Below, piece by piece: positions 1-10,082 of a stretch of DNA of 64,000 bases (positions are counted from its first letter, which is position 1; each line of letters opens with the position of its first letter). The stretch covers positions 704-64,703 of the forward strand of contig JAYTEX010000175.1 of the NCBI GenBank assembly GCA_043734785.1, read 5' to 3'. Source of the stretch: Pseudomonadota bacterium (GTDB taxonomy: Bacteria > Pseudomonadota > Gammaproteobacteria > Ga0077536). Made by a program: the position numbers and the translations under genes. The notes under the pieces were generated by a model that was given only the letters and a program-made list of their open reading frames with translations, made no database searches and had not been told where the DNA came from.

Positions 1-933
1 GATGTCTTTCAGACGGTGGATTTCAATGACATCGCCGATCTCGTCGGGCGCTGCGAAATAATCCAAGTAAATGCCCATGAGTCCCTGCTGGTTGAAGGTC
101 GCGAAAATCACGCCTTGTACCAGATCGTTAGCGGGCGCTTACAGGTCATGCTGGACGGGGTGTCGAACACGCCGATCGCCACCTTCGGCGCCGGTGCCTG
201 TATTGGGGAATTGTCGATTTTGACGCAACGCGCGGTGGCGGCCAATGTCATCGCGCTCGAACCTTCGCGCCTGCTGGTGATCGAGGAAGACATGCTCTGG
301 ACGCTGATCCGGCGCTGCCATCCGTTCGCCTGTAATCTACTCACCGTGTTATGCGACCGTGTGCGTGATACCAATGACCGTCTACGCGCGAGCATACGTG
401 CCGAAAAGCATTCGGCCAAAGTAGCCCGCATTGATTCTCTGACCGGTCTGTACAACCGGCGCTGGCTCGATGAAGTGCTGATCCGCGAGTGTCAGCAATG
501 CTTGGCGACCCAATTGCCGCTCAGTCTCATGATGATCGATATCGATTACTTCAAGCGCCTGAACGACCAACATGGCCACCTGGTCGGCGACGAAGTGCTG
601 CGGATCGTGGGCTTGCGGCTGGCCAATACGATGCGCAATTGCGGACTTGCGACCCGCTATGGCGGCGAAGAATTCGCGGTGCTGATGCCCGGCGTCAACC
701 TCGAGGATGCCTGGGTCGCGGCAGAAGAGTATCGCCGTGGTTTCGAGCGCACGGCGCTCGCCACTACCGTCGGCTCGCTGAATCTTTCAGTCTCAATCGG
801 GCTGAGCGAGCTGGGGCCGAGCGGAACGGCGCGCAAGTTGATGCGCGCGGCTGATCAAGCGCTGTATCGCGCGAAATCACTTGGCCGCAATCGGATTGAA
901 ACCCTGCCGCATACCGATTCGACGGTCAGTTAA
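1..933 (+). CDS. cNMP-binding domain + GGDEF diguanylate cyclase; the frame is open to window start, so probably 5'-partial
   Basis: The N-terminal part has the cyclic-nucleotide-binding signature FGAGACIGELSIL. The C-terminal part has GGDEF hallmarks (IDIDYFKRLND, RYGGEEF). The reading frame continues upstream of position 16. Confidence 0.8.
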   Translation, partial: DVFQTVDFNDIADLVGRCEIIQVNAHESLLVEGRENHALYQIVSGRLQVMLDGVSNTPIATFGAGACIGELSILTQRAVAANVIALEPSRLLVIEEDMLWTLIRRCHPFACNLLTVLCDRVRDTNDRLRASIRAEKHSAKVARIDSLTGLYNRRWLDEVLIRECQQCLATQLPLSLMMIDIDYFKRLNDQHGHLVGDEVLRIVGLRLANTMRNCGLATRYGGEEFAVLMPGVNLEDAWVAAEEYRRGFERTALATTVGSLNLSVSIGLSELGPSGTARKLMRAADQALYRAKSLGRNRIETLPHTDSTVS

Positions 934-1150
934 CACCAGCCCATTCCTGCTCATGGATGTGCGGTCTGCCGCCACTGCTCGAAGCGCAGGCGCGCCACCT
1001 TGTAGGCGTCGAGCGCACAAATGCCGTACACAAAAACCCGCCGGCATAACGCCCGAGAAACGAATGTGTGGGGAAGCTGAGTTGAAGCGTCACCCAACCC
1101 AACAGCACGATAAAAAAAGGAAGATGAGCCCGCGCTGCGGCCGAAGCAAG

Positions 1151-1547
1151 CTATCTAGTCATCGCTGAAAAAAATCGCTTCTATCGCAGCCAAAGCGCAT
1201 GCGGGCAGCGTATTCAAGGTAGGTTGGGGTGAGTGCCGCGAACCTCAACATCAATGATCCGCCGAGTGACCGCGTAGTCGCGAATCTGAGTATCCACGCG
1301 AGCGGGTCTACTCTCTGTTGGGCTTCGCAAGCTCACCCCAACCTACCCGATCGGGTCAAGCTCACCCCAACCTACCCGATCGGGTTAAGCTCACCCCAAC
1401 CTACCCTCTCGGGTTTCGTGTCTGTGCGCGACTTTTCAAGCTTTCGCTACTCAGCCCACAAATCTTGCAAAATCATCTCGCCACGTATGCGAGCGGTTCC
1501 CTATTTCCACCGCGCAGAATGCTTTTTTCAGGGACGACTATCTAGTC
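1151..1547 (+). mobile_element. MITE-like non-autonomous element, copy 1, with imperfect terminal inverted repeats TAGTCRTCSCTGAAAAAA
   Basis: The left end is tagtcatcgctgaaaaaaa (1156) and the right end is ttttttcagggacgacta (1523-1540). Three 29-bp tandem subrepeats gctcaccccaacctacccgatcgggtcaa lie at 1331-1415. The internal sequence is shared with the copies at 11078 and 23556. A 10-bp ctatctagtc sits at both flanks. Confidence 0.7.
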
Positions 1548-2021
1548 GACGAGATGCCGCTCGACCACGAGTTTGATGGCTACTCTGCTACTTCGATCGG
1601 GCTCGCGTGTCACTGCACGGTCTTCACCAGGCTTCCAGCCGCTGGTGCGCCCCCGGCGTAAGACCCATTCAACAAGCGCAGTTATGGTTCGGGATAGTCG
1701 CCAAGCGGCGTGCTCTGTGCCATCTGCTTGAAGCCGCCTGGGGGTACTGGAACGACCCGCAGGGTCCACGGTCGCGCCGAGGCGCGATCTGCGGCATTTA
1801 ATGGCCGCAACGATCTCTCCGCCGTGCGTAAGCCTCCACGTGCCGTCGCCAAACTTTGAGGGTTCTTCGACGCGTATGCCAAGAAGTAAGATCGTGGCGC
1901 GCGCAACGGTCTGCGCGCGCCGTAGACGGAACTCTGCAGTCCACGCGTAGCCTACAACGCCGAGCGCCGCCAAGAGGACCACCAGGCACTCAATGCGTCG
2001 CTCCCACCCGCTGCTGCCGCG

Positions 2022-3277
2022 TCAATAGCCGTGCGGCCGTGGCCACGGCATCGTGAACTGCTCGCCGCGCTTCACGAACTTGTAGCGATGCAGGTGGAAC
2101 CACGCGGAGGCCGCCATGAAGAACACCAGGATCGAAATCAGGTAGTGCGCGTAACCGAGAAAGGTCGCGAAGAATACCAACAGGCACAATAAGAACAAGA
2201 CAGCGGCGGGAATCGGATGGAACGGATGCACATAACCGCGCTTAATGGATCCCAGTGGCCATAGCCGGCGAAAACGTACCACGTTTAACGACATGAAGGT
2301 GTAGCCCAAGAGTCCTGACAGGATCGAAAACGTGATCACGCCATCGAGCCGCACATTCCAGGCGAATACCACCGCAATCGGAATCAGGAACAGGATCGAG
2401 CGGAAGGGCGTGTGGTAGCGCGGATGTACGGCGCCGAACCATTGCGGCATGTAACGATCGCGCCCCAGCGAGAACCAGGCGCGCGCCGCATCGTTGATAC
2501 AGCCATTGACGGAGATGAGCGTGGAGAACAGCGTGCCGACGAACAGGAACACCTGCAGGCCGATATTGCCAGTCAAGATCGCGGCGTCGTATAACGGCGT
2601 ATAGGCTTGGCCCAGATACTCCCATGGCATGAGGCTCGCGGTCACATACCAGGTCAGGCTGGCCCCGATGATCAGCGTGATCATACCGGTCATGGTGCCG
2701 AGCGGGATCGAGCGACCCGCCGAGCGACATTCCTCCGCCGCCTGGCACGTGCCTTCGATTCCTAAGTAATACCACATGCCGAATTGCAGCGACGCGATGA
2801 CGCCGATCCAACCGTACGGCAACCCGGTTAACAGATCACTGTGGCGTAACAGTCCGTCACTGCTGAAGGGCTCGGTACCGAAGAACAACACCACGATCAC
2901 CAGCAACACGAACGGACGGGAGTCGAGATTAGGATGCCCGGTCTCGGCCGCCACCGTTTGCAGCAGATCGGCGGCAACGAAGGCATTGCCCGCCTCGAGC
3001 ATCGTGTAGGCCAAGACCAGGTAGAGCGCGACATTGAAGGCCATGAGCGGCCCGACGATGTGCTTGGCCTGGGCGTACTGCCCCCCCCCGCCGCCGCGAC
3101 CGTGGAGGTGACCTCCGAATCGATCATCGCGACGCAGGTGTACAACAACCCGATCACCCAGCACGCGATTAAGGCCGCTAGCGCGCCGCCTTTGCCGACC
3201 GCGAAATTCCAACCCATGAATTCGCCGACCAAACAAATCCCCGCCCCCAGTCCCCACACGTGCACCGGCCCCATCAA
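2022..3277 (-). CDS. APC-family amino-acid/ethanolamine-type permease, interrupted by a 1-bp frameshift in a G9 homopolymer (coding strand) at 3081-3089
   Basis: Two overlapping minus-strand ORFs (2897..3277 and 2022..3299) together make one 12-TM APC permease. The N-terminus ...SEVTSTVAAAGGG joins ...QYAQAKHIVGPLMAF only if the run has 10 G rather than 9. The APC signature ExxxxxPxAGGxYxYxxxAxGP is then reconstituted. Confidence 0.7.
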
Positions 3278-3326
3278 CCCTTGCGCAGGTTGATCCCATG
3301 ATACTGCGTCTGCGACTCAGTGGTGC

Positions 3327-3524
3327 TCATGGGGCGTTTCCCTGGGACTCCATGAGTTCATCCACGCCTTCGCGTGAACTGACCAGCACCCCTTCGTCGT
3401 ATTCGGCACCGACTCGCATGGCGTCGATCAGCATCCAAAGCATTAACACGCCCGAGACTCCCCAGGCCACATATTCGAGTACGTTCCAGAAATCCATACT
3501 GGCTTCCTCTTGCGCAATCGTCAC
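3327..3524 (-). CDS. small hypothetical membrane protein (65 aa), translationally coupled upstream of the permease
   Basis: The ORF has one hydrophobic segment (VAWGVSGVLMLWMLI). Its ATGA start overlaps the stop of the upstream ORF at 3521-3524, and it sits 28 bp before the permease start. Confidence 0.35.
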   Translation of the reverse strand: MTIAQEEASMDFWNVLEYVAWGVSGVLMLWMLIDAMRVGAEYDEGVLVSSREGVDELMESQGNAP

Positions 3525-3994
3525 TCATCGAATTTTTCTGCGATCACTTCCCGATACTCGCGTTCAGAAAGACGCAGTATGCCGAAGTGATAAATCACCA
3601 GCAGCGCGACCGAGATGCCCAGCGTGAGGGGATTGACCGAGTAATCGAAGCGCTTATTGATGATGGCGGCTGCGGCCACAGGGTCTTTGCCGAGTTTCTC
3701 CCATTGGGTGGCCATCGTTGCGTTCTGTCCGAGTGCTTCCCAGGTGGGCGGGCTTGATGCACGTTCTGTCGCAGCACCTGCGTCCGGTGGCGCCCGCATA
3801 TTGGCCAGCCATAGCGGTGCGCTGAGTGACACGAAAACCAGAACTAAAACGAGTAAGGCATCAAACACCATGCCCATGTGGCCCTGTTCGGGCGGTTGAT
3901 AACCCGGCTTCGGCATCGGAACCCTGCCGCAAAGATTATTGCTTGATTGACGACTTGCGTTATCCAGCATCAAGATGCCGGATATCGAGCCCAT
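3521..3994 (-). CDS. hypothetical membrane protein; the true start may be internal
   Basis: The ORF has hydrophobic segments (LVLVLVFVSLSAPLW; LTLGISVALLVIYHF). I recognise no domain. It is co-oriented with the permease. Confidence 0.35.
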   Translation of the reverse strand: MGSISGILMLDNASRQSSNNLCGRVPMPKPGYQPPEQGHMGMVFDALLVLVLVFVSLSAPLWLANMRAPPDAGAATERASSPPTWEALGQNATMATQWEKLGKDPVAAAAIINKRFDYSVNPLTLGISVALLVIYHFGILRLSEREYREVIAEKFDE

Positions 3995-4339
3995 AGATGA
4001 AATCCTTGTCTGCTTCGTACTGGCGGATCATGGCGATGATGGCGGCGGTGTTGAACACCAGCATCAATAGTGCCGCGACAATTGCGTAGATGGTCACGCG
4101 AAGCGGTTAGCCGCACTCAGCTGGACGCTCCTGCGCATCCCTGCGCCCGCGGCATTAGTGATTCTCTTCACGGCATAAGCGGCGTGGCTTCTGCCTGAGC
4201 TGTGGCACGCGCCGGATGGCGGGTAGGCCGCGCTGCTGGTGGACGAAGTGCTACCCCGTGAACCGTTACGGCAATGGGTGCTGAGCGTTCCATTTGCGTC
4301 GCGGGTGAACTGTGCAAATAACTGTTTCTTGAAACCGCT

Positions 4340-4402
4340 GCTTGACATTGAAATTTTTATAATCAATAAATATATTGAATATCAACATCGCTAAATCGAG
4401 AT
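4340..4402 (+). promoter_or_regulatory. AT-rich promoter-like region with TTGACA and TATAAT-like hexamers and a palindromic operator-like site ATCAATAAATATATTGAAT
   Basis: gcTTGACAttgaaattttTATAATcaataaatatattgaatatcaac is sharply AT-rich in a ~65% GC context. It lies directly upstream of the 4403 CDS. Confidence 0.4.
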
Positions 4403-5281
4403 TTGCAAAGAGCGCGTATCGTGTTGAACTTACTTGCGCACGAACCCACCATTCGTATAAGTGCCTTTGTTGGCGTTTTCGCGTTCATGGCGATTTGGGA
4501 ACTGCTCGCGCCCCGGCGCGCCCTGGTAGTTTCTAAGCCGATTCGCTGGGCTAGTAACCTCGCTCTGGTGGTATTGAACACCGTAGCCCTTCGTGTCGTC
4601 ATTCCTGTCGCCGCGACCGGACTAGCGCTCAATGCAACTGAACAAGGCTGGGGCCTTCTGCAGCAAGTCAAACTGCCCGAAAGTCTACGCGTACTCGTCG
4701 GCTTCGTTATCCTCGATCTCGTCATCTATTTTCAACACGTGTTATTTCATGCGGTTCCCGCACTATGGCGTGTGCATCGTGTACACCACGCCGACCTCGA
4801 TTTCGACGTGACGACTGGCGCCCGCTTCCATCCGATCGAAATATTTCTGTCGATGGCGATCAAGTTCGCCGTCATCCTGGCGCTGGGCCCGCCGGCGGTT
4901 GCAGTGCTGATTTTCGAGGTGGTGCTCAATGCGGCGGCGATGTTCAGTCATTCAAACGTGCGCATCCCATCCGCGGTTGAGCGCATGGTGCGCTGGTTCA
5001 TCGTGACACCCGACATGCACCGCGTCCATCATTCAGTGCTGCCGAATGAAACCAATAGTAATTTCGGGTTTAACCTCTCGGCATGGGATCGGCTATTCGG
5101 CACCTATCGTGCGCAGCCATCAAAGGGCCATACGGAGATGACGATCGGGTTGCTGGGGTTTCGCGATCCACGCGAGGTCGATCGACTCGCCGGGATGCTG
5201 TGGCTTCCGTTCGTCAGGTCGCAAGATAAGTACGCGATCAATCGCCGATCATCGTCTTCGATTCCGAAGACGCCCTCGTGA
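4403..5281 (+). CDS. fatty acid hydroxylase / sterol desaturase superfamily membrane protein
   Basis: It has histidine boxes HRVHHAD and HRVHH plus multiple TM segments. This is typical of the ERG3/ERG25-like di-iron hydroxylase family. Confidence 0.8.
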   Translation: MQRARIVLNLLAHEPTIRISAFVGVFAFMAIWELLAPRRALVVSKPIRWASNLALVVLNTVALRVVIPVAATGLALNATEQGWGLLQQVKLPESLRVLVGFVILDLVIYFQHVLFHAVPALWRVHRVHHADLDFDVTTGARFHPIEIFLSMAIKFAVILALGPPAVAVLIFEVVLNAAAMFSHSNVRIPSAVERMVRWFIVTPDMHRVHHSVLPNETNSNFGFNLSAWDRLFGTYRAQPSKGHTEMTIGLLGFRDPREVDRLAGMLWLPFVRSQDKYAINRRSSSSIPKTPS

Positions 5282-5385
5282 CAAATTCTGTCGCCGCGCG
5301 CGTAGAGGGATATCCCTGTTGGTCGAGTGTTGGTCCTGCGGACAACGAGATTAGACGAATGACCTGGCGGTTAAAAAAATATCAT

Positions 5386-6552
5386 TCAGGCCGGATACAT
5401 CTTGACCAAGTTCTTCGCGATCAGGATCCGCTGGATCTCATTCGTGCCTTCGCCGATGCACATGAGGGGGGCATCGCGGTAATAACGTTCGATATCGTAT
5501 TCGGCCGAGTAGCCGTAGCCGCCGTGAATGCGCATCGCTTCCTGCGAGCAGTACAGCGCAGTTTCGGATGCGAACAGCTTGGCCATGCCTGCCTCCAAAT
5601 CGCAGCGCTCGCCGCGCTCGTATTTCTCGGCCGCCTGATTGGTCAGCAGTCGCGCAGCCTCCACGCGAGTCGCCATTTCGCCAAGTTTGAGCGCAATCGC
5701 CTGGTGTTCGCAGATCGGCTTACCGAAAGTTTTGCGTTGCTGGGCATAGCGGATCGAATCCTTGAGCGCCGCATTGGCGAGCCCGACACCGCGCGCCGCG
5801 ACATTGATCCGCCCGAGTTCTAACCCGCCCACTGCATGCTGGAAACCATGACCCTCTTCGCCCCCTAACACACGTTCCGCTGGAATTCGAAAATCGTTGA
5901 AGCTCAGGCCCACACTCTCCACCGAGCGATAGCCGAGCTTCTTGAGTTTGCGATCGACCGTAAAACCCGGCCCCTTCTCGGCCAGGAACATGGTCATTCC
6001 TTTGTGGGCGGGTTTGGTCGTGGGGTCGGTCTTGGTCAACACCGCGTACAGGCTGCCGTATAGGCCGTTCGTGATCCACATCTTGGAACCATTGAGCACG
6101 TAATGATCGCCATCGCGCTTCGCGACCGTCTTGATGCCCTGCAGATCGGTCCCGGCATCCGGCTCGGTCAGACACAGCGCGCCGCGCATTTCTCCAGTCG
6201 CGAGCCTGGGCAGGAACTGTTCTTTCTGCGCCTGCGTGCCGAAGCGGTAAATCAGTGTTCCGAGCATCAAATGGGAATTCAATATACCGCCGATGCTCAT
6301 GAAGACTTCGGCAATTGCGGTGACGATTTTAGCGTAGGTCGTCGACGGCAGGCTCATGCCGCCATATTCCACCGGGATCGTCAGACCGAACAGTCCGAGT
6401 TCCTTCATCTGCTCGACGAGATCGAAGGGATATTCATCCGCCTGTTCATATTTTTTCGTGACCGGTCGAACCTCCTTTTCCAGCCAGGTCGTGACTGACG
6501 CGAGGATCTGGTTTTCGTCTTCGCGACTGAATTGTGCCGCTATCGCTGCCAT
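5386..6552 (-). CDS. acyl-CoA dehydrogenase
   Basis: It has the ACAD family C-terminus (...YRDAPLMCIGEGTNEIQRILIAKNL) and the middle-domain CLTEPDAGTDL motif. I place the start at the internal Met MAAIAAQF. Confidence 0.85.
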   Translation of the reverse strand: MAAIAAQFSREDENQILASVTTWLEKEVRPVTKKYEQADEYPFDLVEQMKELGLFGLTIPVEYGGMSLPSTTYAKIVTAIAEVFMSIGGILNSHLMLGTLIYRFGTQAQKEQFLPRLATGEMRGALCLTEPDAGTDLQGIKTVAKRDGDHYVLNGSKMWITNGLYGSLYAVLTKTDPTTKPAHKGMTMFLAEKGPGFTVDRKLKKLGYRSVESVGLSFNDFRIPAERVLGGEEGHGFQHAVGGLELGRINVAARGVGLANAALKDSIRYAQQRKTFGKPICEHQAIALKLGEMATRVEAARLLTNQAAEKYERGERCDLEAGMAKLFASETALYCSQEAMRIHGGYGYSAEYDIERYYRDAPLMCIGEGTNEIQRILIAKNLVKMYPA

Positions 6553-6670
6553 GCTCGTATGCCTCGGAAAGTGGTTTAATTCGCGGTGAACGCCATCCAC
6601 CGCAATGACGGTGCTGGTCATGTGGGGCGCTGCGTGGGAAACCAGCAACACCGCCACTGATTAATCTCCA

Positions 6671-7810
6671 TCAAACCCGCAACCCTGCCTGCTTCATCAG
6701 CGGCAGTACGCGCTCGCCAAAATACTTGAGCTCCTCATAGTAATCGAGCCACGTCAGGATAAAACCCTCGATGCCGAGATCGGCGAGTTCCTGCATCTTC
6801 GCGACCACCTGTTCCGGCGTGCCGACCAGCGGATAACCGCCCCAGCCCGCGATGAAGCGCTCTCCAAACTGCTTGATCTGTTCGTTAAAGGAACTGCTCT
6901 CGACGCCGAGCAGATTCATGATGTTGTGGGTCGCCTCCCAGTCCCCTTCATCGACGATCCGGCGATACTGCGCCTGGGCTTCGGCTTCGGTGTCTCGACA
7001 GCAGACCAACCCGTAACTCATCACCCCCACCTGCCGAGCATGTTTCGCCGCGCGTTGGTGAATGTCCGTGACCAACCCTTGGGCCTGTTCTTTAGTGGCG
7101 ATGGTAATGAAGTTGAAGTCCACATGCCGCGCCGAGAACTCGCGACCCTCTTCTGAATTGCCGGCATTGATCAGCACGGGATGGGGCTGCTGAATCGGCT
7201 TCGGCAGCAGAAAACCGCCTTTGATCTGGAAGTACTCGCCCTGGTGGTCGAAGTCCTGCTCCGTCCACGCGCGCTTGATGCAGGTCAGCCAGTCCGCGGC
7301 CATGACGTAGCGGGCTTGATGCGACAGTTGCGTGATGCCGAACATTTCAATTTCAGGGCGGAACCATCCACACACGGTATTGAGCCCAAAGCGCCCGTTC
7401 GAGATGTGATCGATCGTCGCGCCCTGCTTGGCGGCCAGCAGCGGATGCACGGTCGGCACATGCGAGGTCGCATAGACCATAATCTTGCTTGTATTGCAGG
7501 CCATTGCCGTCGCCCAGGTATAGACCTCCATATTATTGGCGTTGAACAGCGTGGTGCCGCCGAAATGTTTCCAACGACCAACCGGCACCAGGAGTTCGAA
7601 ACCCAGATCGTCCGCGAGCTTGGCAATCTTGACGTTGTGTTCGTAGGTCGGCTCGAAGGTCGTCGCCGCGTGCGTAATCGTGCAGCCGTTGCTGCAGTTC
7701 ATGCCGAAGATACCGAGCTTCAGGCGATTGTCGTTGTAGACAGGCACGTGCGCTCGGCGCCAGGCGTGGATGTCATCCGGATGCAAAGGGGATACGAATT
7801 GCGAATTCAT
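6671..7810 (-). CDS. LLM-class (luciferase-like) flavin-dependent monooxygenase
   Basis: Its length and motifs fit the bacterial luciferase family TIM-barrel (GIFGMN..., GRFGLNTVCGW, VGTPEQVVAKMQEL). Confidence 0.8.
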   Translation of the reverse strand: MNSQFVSPLHPDDIHAWRRAHVPVYNDNRLKLGIFGMNCSNGCTITHAATTFEPTYEHNVKIAKLADDLGFELLVPVGRWKHFGGTTLFNANNMEVYTWATAMACNTSKIMVYATSHVPTVHPLLAAKQGATIDHISNGRFGLNTVCGWFRPEIEMFGITQLSHQARYVMAADWLTCIKRAWTEQDFDHQGEYFQIKGGFLLPKPIQQPHPVLINAGNSEEGREFSARHVDFNFITIATKEQAQGLVTDIHQRAAKHARQVGVMSYGLVCCRDTEAEAQAQYRRIVDEGDWEATHNIMNLLGVESSSFNEQIKQFGERFIAGWGGYPLVGTPEQVVAKMQELADLGIEGFILTWLDYYEELKYFGERVLPLMKQAGLRV

Positions 7811-8065
7811 GATGAGTCTGCTTTGCTTGCGGGGAGAAGTACGAAGTCGTGGCCGTGATGGAGGTCGACAGCGGCGATGACATGAACGCGATCGTGCACA
7901 GCCTGCCGATCTCGAAACAGGGTCTTATGCGCATATCGTGCCAGAGGTCAACTGGATTCCGCTGCGGTCGTATGAGAACTGAGCGATGCAACTCGAGGCG
8001 CTGGCAAGTGTTGACGAGTCGCGCTAAACACTAACCCCGTGCCCCGCGAGCTGCCGGGGCGAACC

Positions 8066-8902
8066 TCACAGCACGTGGTGCTTTCGGCAAAACTTGGTCA
8101 CGAGATCGCAGATCAGCTTAGGATCCTCGAACATCGGATAGTGGCCGATATTCTTCAGATGCACGACTTCGCTGTTCTTGATCAAGCGCCCCGTTTCGTC
8201 CGTTAACTCGCGCGGCACCCAGAAGTCGTCTTCGCCACGCACCACGAGCATGGGGCAGATCACGTTCTTCATCTTGGCGGTCACATCGTGCTGTGCCCAA
8301 CCTTCCAGATCGCCCACCGCGCTGACCTGTGAATTGCGGTGCTGCCAGCGCAGCTCTGCAATTTTTTCTGGCGAACATTTTCGGTTCAAGGATTCGATCG
8401 CCGCGCGTTCCATCATGTCCTGCCAACCCGGCGCCCAGGACGGATGAACCATCGAGGATGGCAACGGGAAGGTCGGCGTGCGTGCGCACCCTTCCATCGG
8501 CACGCCTGCCGCCATTTCACGCGAGTGATGAGCGGCGTAATCAAGCGTGATATCACCCCCAATCGAGCAACCGATAATAACCGGCTTTTTCAGACCTAGC
8601 GTCCTAACAAAGGAATATACAAACTCGGCTTGGGCATGAATGCTGCGGTGCTGCTGCCATTTAACCGGGTAGGAGCGGGAGTGCCCCGGCAGATCGAGCG
8701 CAACAGCGTGGAAACCCGCTTTGGCGAACAGGGGGAGGATGTATTGGTACTCGAGCGAACTTGCGCCCGCGGTATGCACGCAGACAATCGGCTGGCCCTC
8801 GCCGATTTCATCATAGAACGTACGCGTGCCGTCCACTTTAACGTAATGACCAAGAATGTCTTCTGGGGTTGCCATGTGCGAATTTCCGTTAGCGACCAGC
8901 AT
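8066..8902 (-). CDS. alpha/beta-fold hydrolase
   Basis: It has HTAGASS, the nucleophile elbow GCSIGG, a DLPGHSRS region, and a C-terminal His region. Confidence 0.8.
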   Translation of the reverse strand: MLVANGNSHMATPEDILGHYVKVDGTRTFYDEIGEGQPIVCVHTAGASSLEYQYILPLFAKAGFHAVALDLPGHSRSYPVKWQQHRSIHAQAEFVYSFVRTLGLKKPVIIGCSIGGDITLDYAAHHSREMAAGVPMEGCARTPTFPLPSSMVHPSWAPGWQDMMERAAIESLNRKCSPEKIAELRWQHRNSQVSAVGDLEGWAQHDVTAKMKNVICPMLVVRGEDDFWVPRELTDETGRLIKNSEVVHLKNIGHYPMFEDPKLICDLVTKFCRKHHVL

Positions 8903-9330
8903 TAACGCTTGGCGGCGGTAGCTTGAAGGGTATAGGCGAGTTCGAACATCGCCTCGGTCATGCGGCCTGCTTCGAGCAGATTGCCTTCAGTGGCGATCTC
9001 GACCGAGAGTTCACCGAGGCGTTTCATCTTCGGGTCATCATCGAAATAGCGCTTGCCCGGGAAGGTAAGATCCGCCCAGCGACGCTTGCCGCTGAGGAGG
9101 TATTTCCAGGCTTTCTCATTACCCGAGAATTTAAAGGTGTAGCCGAAGGGCGGCACTGCGCTGCGATGGTCAATCACTCGGCCACAATAAATCTTCAACC
9201 ACAGACGGTCGCTGTCCACTTCCAACAGCACAGAGCCATCGAACCAGCGGGTTTGTTCGACAAACGCGGAGTTCGCGTTAAGCGCTTTGACGAAGCGCGT
9301 TTGAAAGGTCGGTAACGCAATAAAACTCAT
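8902..9330 (-). CDS. hypothetical protein (142 aa), possibly SCP2-like or lipid-binding; stop/start overlap with the downstream hydrolase
   Basis: An ATGA overlap at 8902 suggests translational coupling. I recognise no confident domain. Confidence 0.45.
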   Translation of the reverse strand: MSFIALPTFQTRFVKALNANSAFVEQTRWFDGSVLLEVDSDRLWLKIYCGRVIDHRSAVPPFGYTFKFSGNEKAWKYLLSGKRRWADLTFPGKRYFDDDPKMKRLGELSVEIATEGNLLEAGRMTEAMFELAYTLQATAAKR

Positions 9331-9671
9331 GTATCGCCTCGCACTGGGGCACCGCGTCGCGTGTCAGGCGGGAAAGCCATGACAGCGTATCCGGGATGCA
9401 TTGATGGCAGATAGGACCGAACTCTCGGCATCGATGGTCCGGCGTTGCGTACCGGGCGCCCAAGATCCGATTGCAGGTCGCATTCTCGCGTCCACAACCG
9501 CTCCGATGCAAGGTGTCTCTAGATAAATGACCAGAATATTGGTTGCCTTTTTTTCACCTCCGTACGCCGGCGTTGAGGTGGCCACAGTCGCTTGACAGTG
9601 CTCTCCATCATACGCTGCAATGCCCAGCCCCATGCGTCAGAAAATTCTGAAATTCCCAAGGGAGAAACCCC

Positions 9672-10049
9672 ATGTTCGATCAGTCCTGGATGAAGCGCTG
9701 GCAGGACGCGGTGAATGCCAATGGCCCGATGAGCCACATCGGGAAGCATCTCACCACCGACCTGCTGCTCGGCTTCGGCGATAAACATTACGTCGTGTCC
9801 TTCCGCAGTGGCAAAGTCGCGAACTTCACCGACACGCTCGGCCCTGAAACCTGCTACTACCTCGCGCTGCGCGCACCGGCAGCGAGTTGGGAAAAATTCT
9901 GCCAGAAGGTGCCGCCGCCGATGTACAACGATATCTGGGCGATGGCACATCCGCTGCACGGCCGCCTGCAAATTGAAGGTGATCAGAAAGTGTTGTGGCA
10001 AAACATGCGCGCAATGTTCTGGGCCTTTGACCGCATGCGCGAAGTCTAA
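9672..10049 (+). CDS. SCP2 sterol-carrier-like domain protein
   Basis: The roughly 125 aa with LLGFGDKHYVVSF...GKV... and the C-terminal pattern are compatible with the SCP-2 lipid transfer fold. An RBS-like gggagaaacccc precedes the ATG. Confidence 0.6.
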   Translation: MFDQSWMKRWQDAVNANGPMSHIGKHLTTDLLLGFGDKHYVVSFRSGKVANFTDTLGPETCYYLALRAPAASWEKFCQKVPPPMYNDIWAMAHPLHGRLQIEGDQKVLWQNMRAMFWAFDRMREV

Positions 10050-10082
10050 CGCCGCCAGGTTTATGCTTACGGGAGAATCTCT

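Noticed and set aside
1331-1415. Tandem 29-bp direct repeats (gctcaccccaacctacccgatcgggtcaa x about 2.6); considered as a CRISPR array
   Set aside because: The repeats are contiguous with no spacers and lie inside a MITE-like element. The same units recur in the other MITE copies.
1542-1982. 146-aa minus-strand ORF downstream of the permease with a hydrophobic N-terminus
   Set aside because: It has no recognisable domain, it runs into the MITE, and several overlapping frames are equally open in this GC-rich stretch. I left it uncalled as possible but unsupported.
5278-7858. Plus-strand ORFs 5278..5823, 6103..6498 and 7181..7858
   Set aside because: They are antisense overlaps of the ACAD and LLM genes, Arg-rich and low-complexity.
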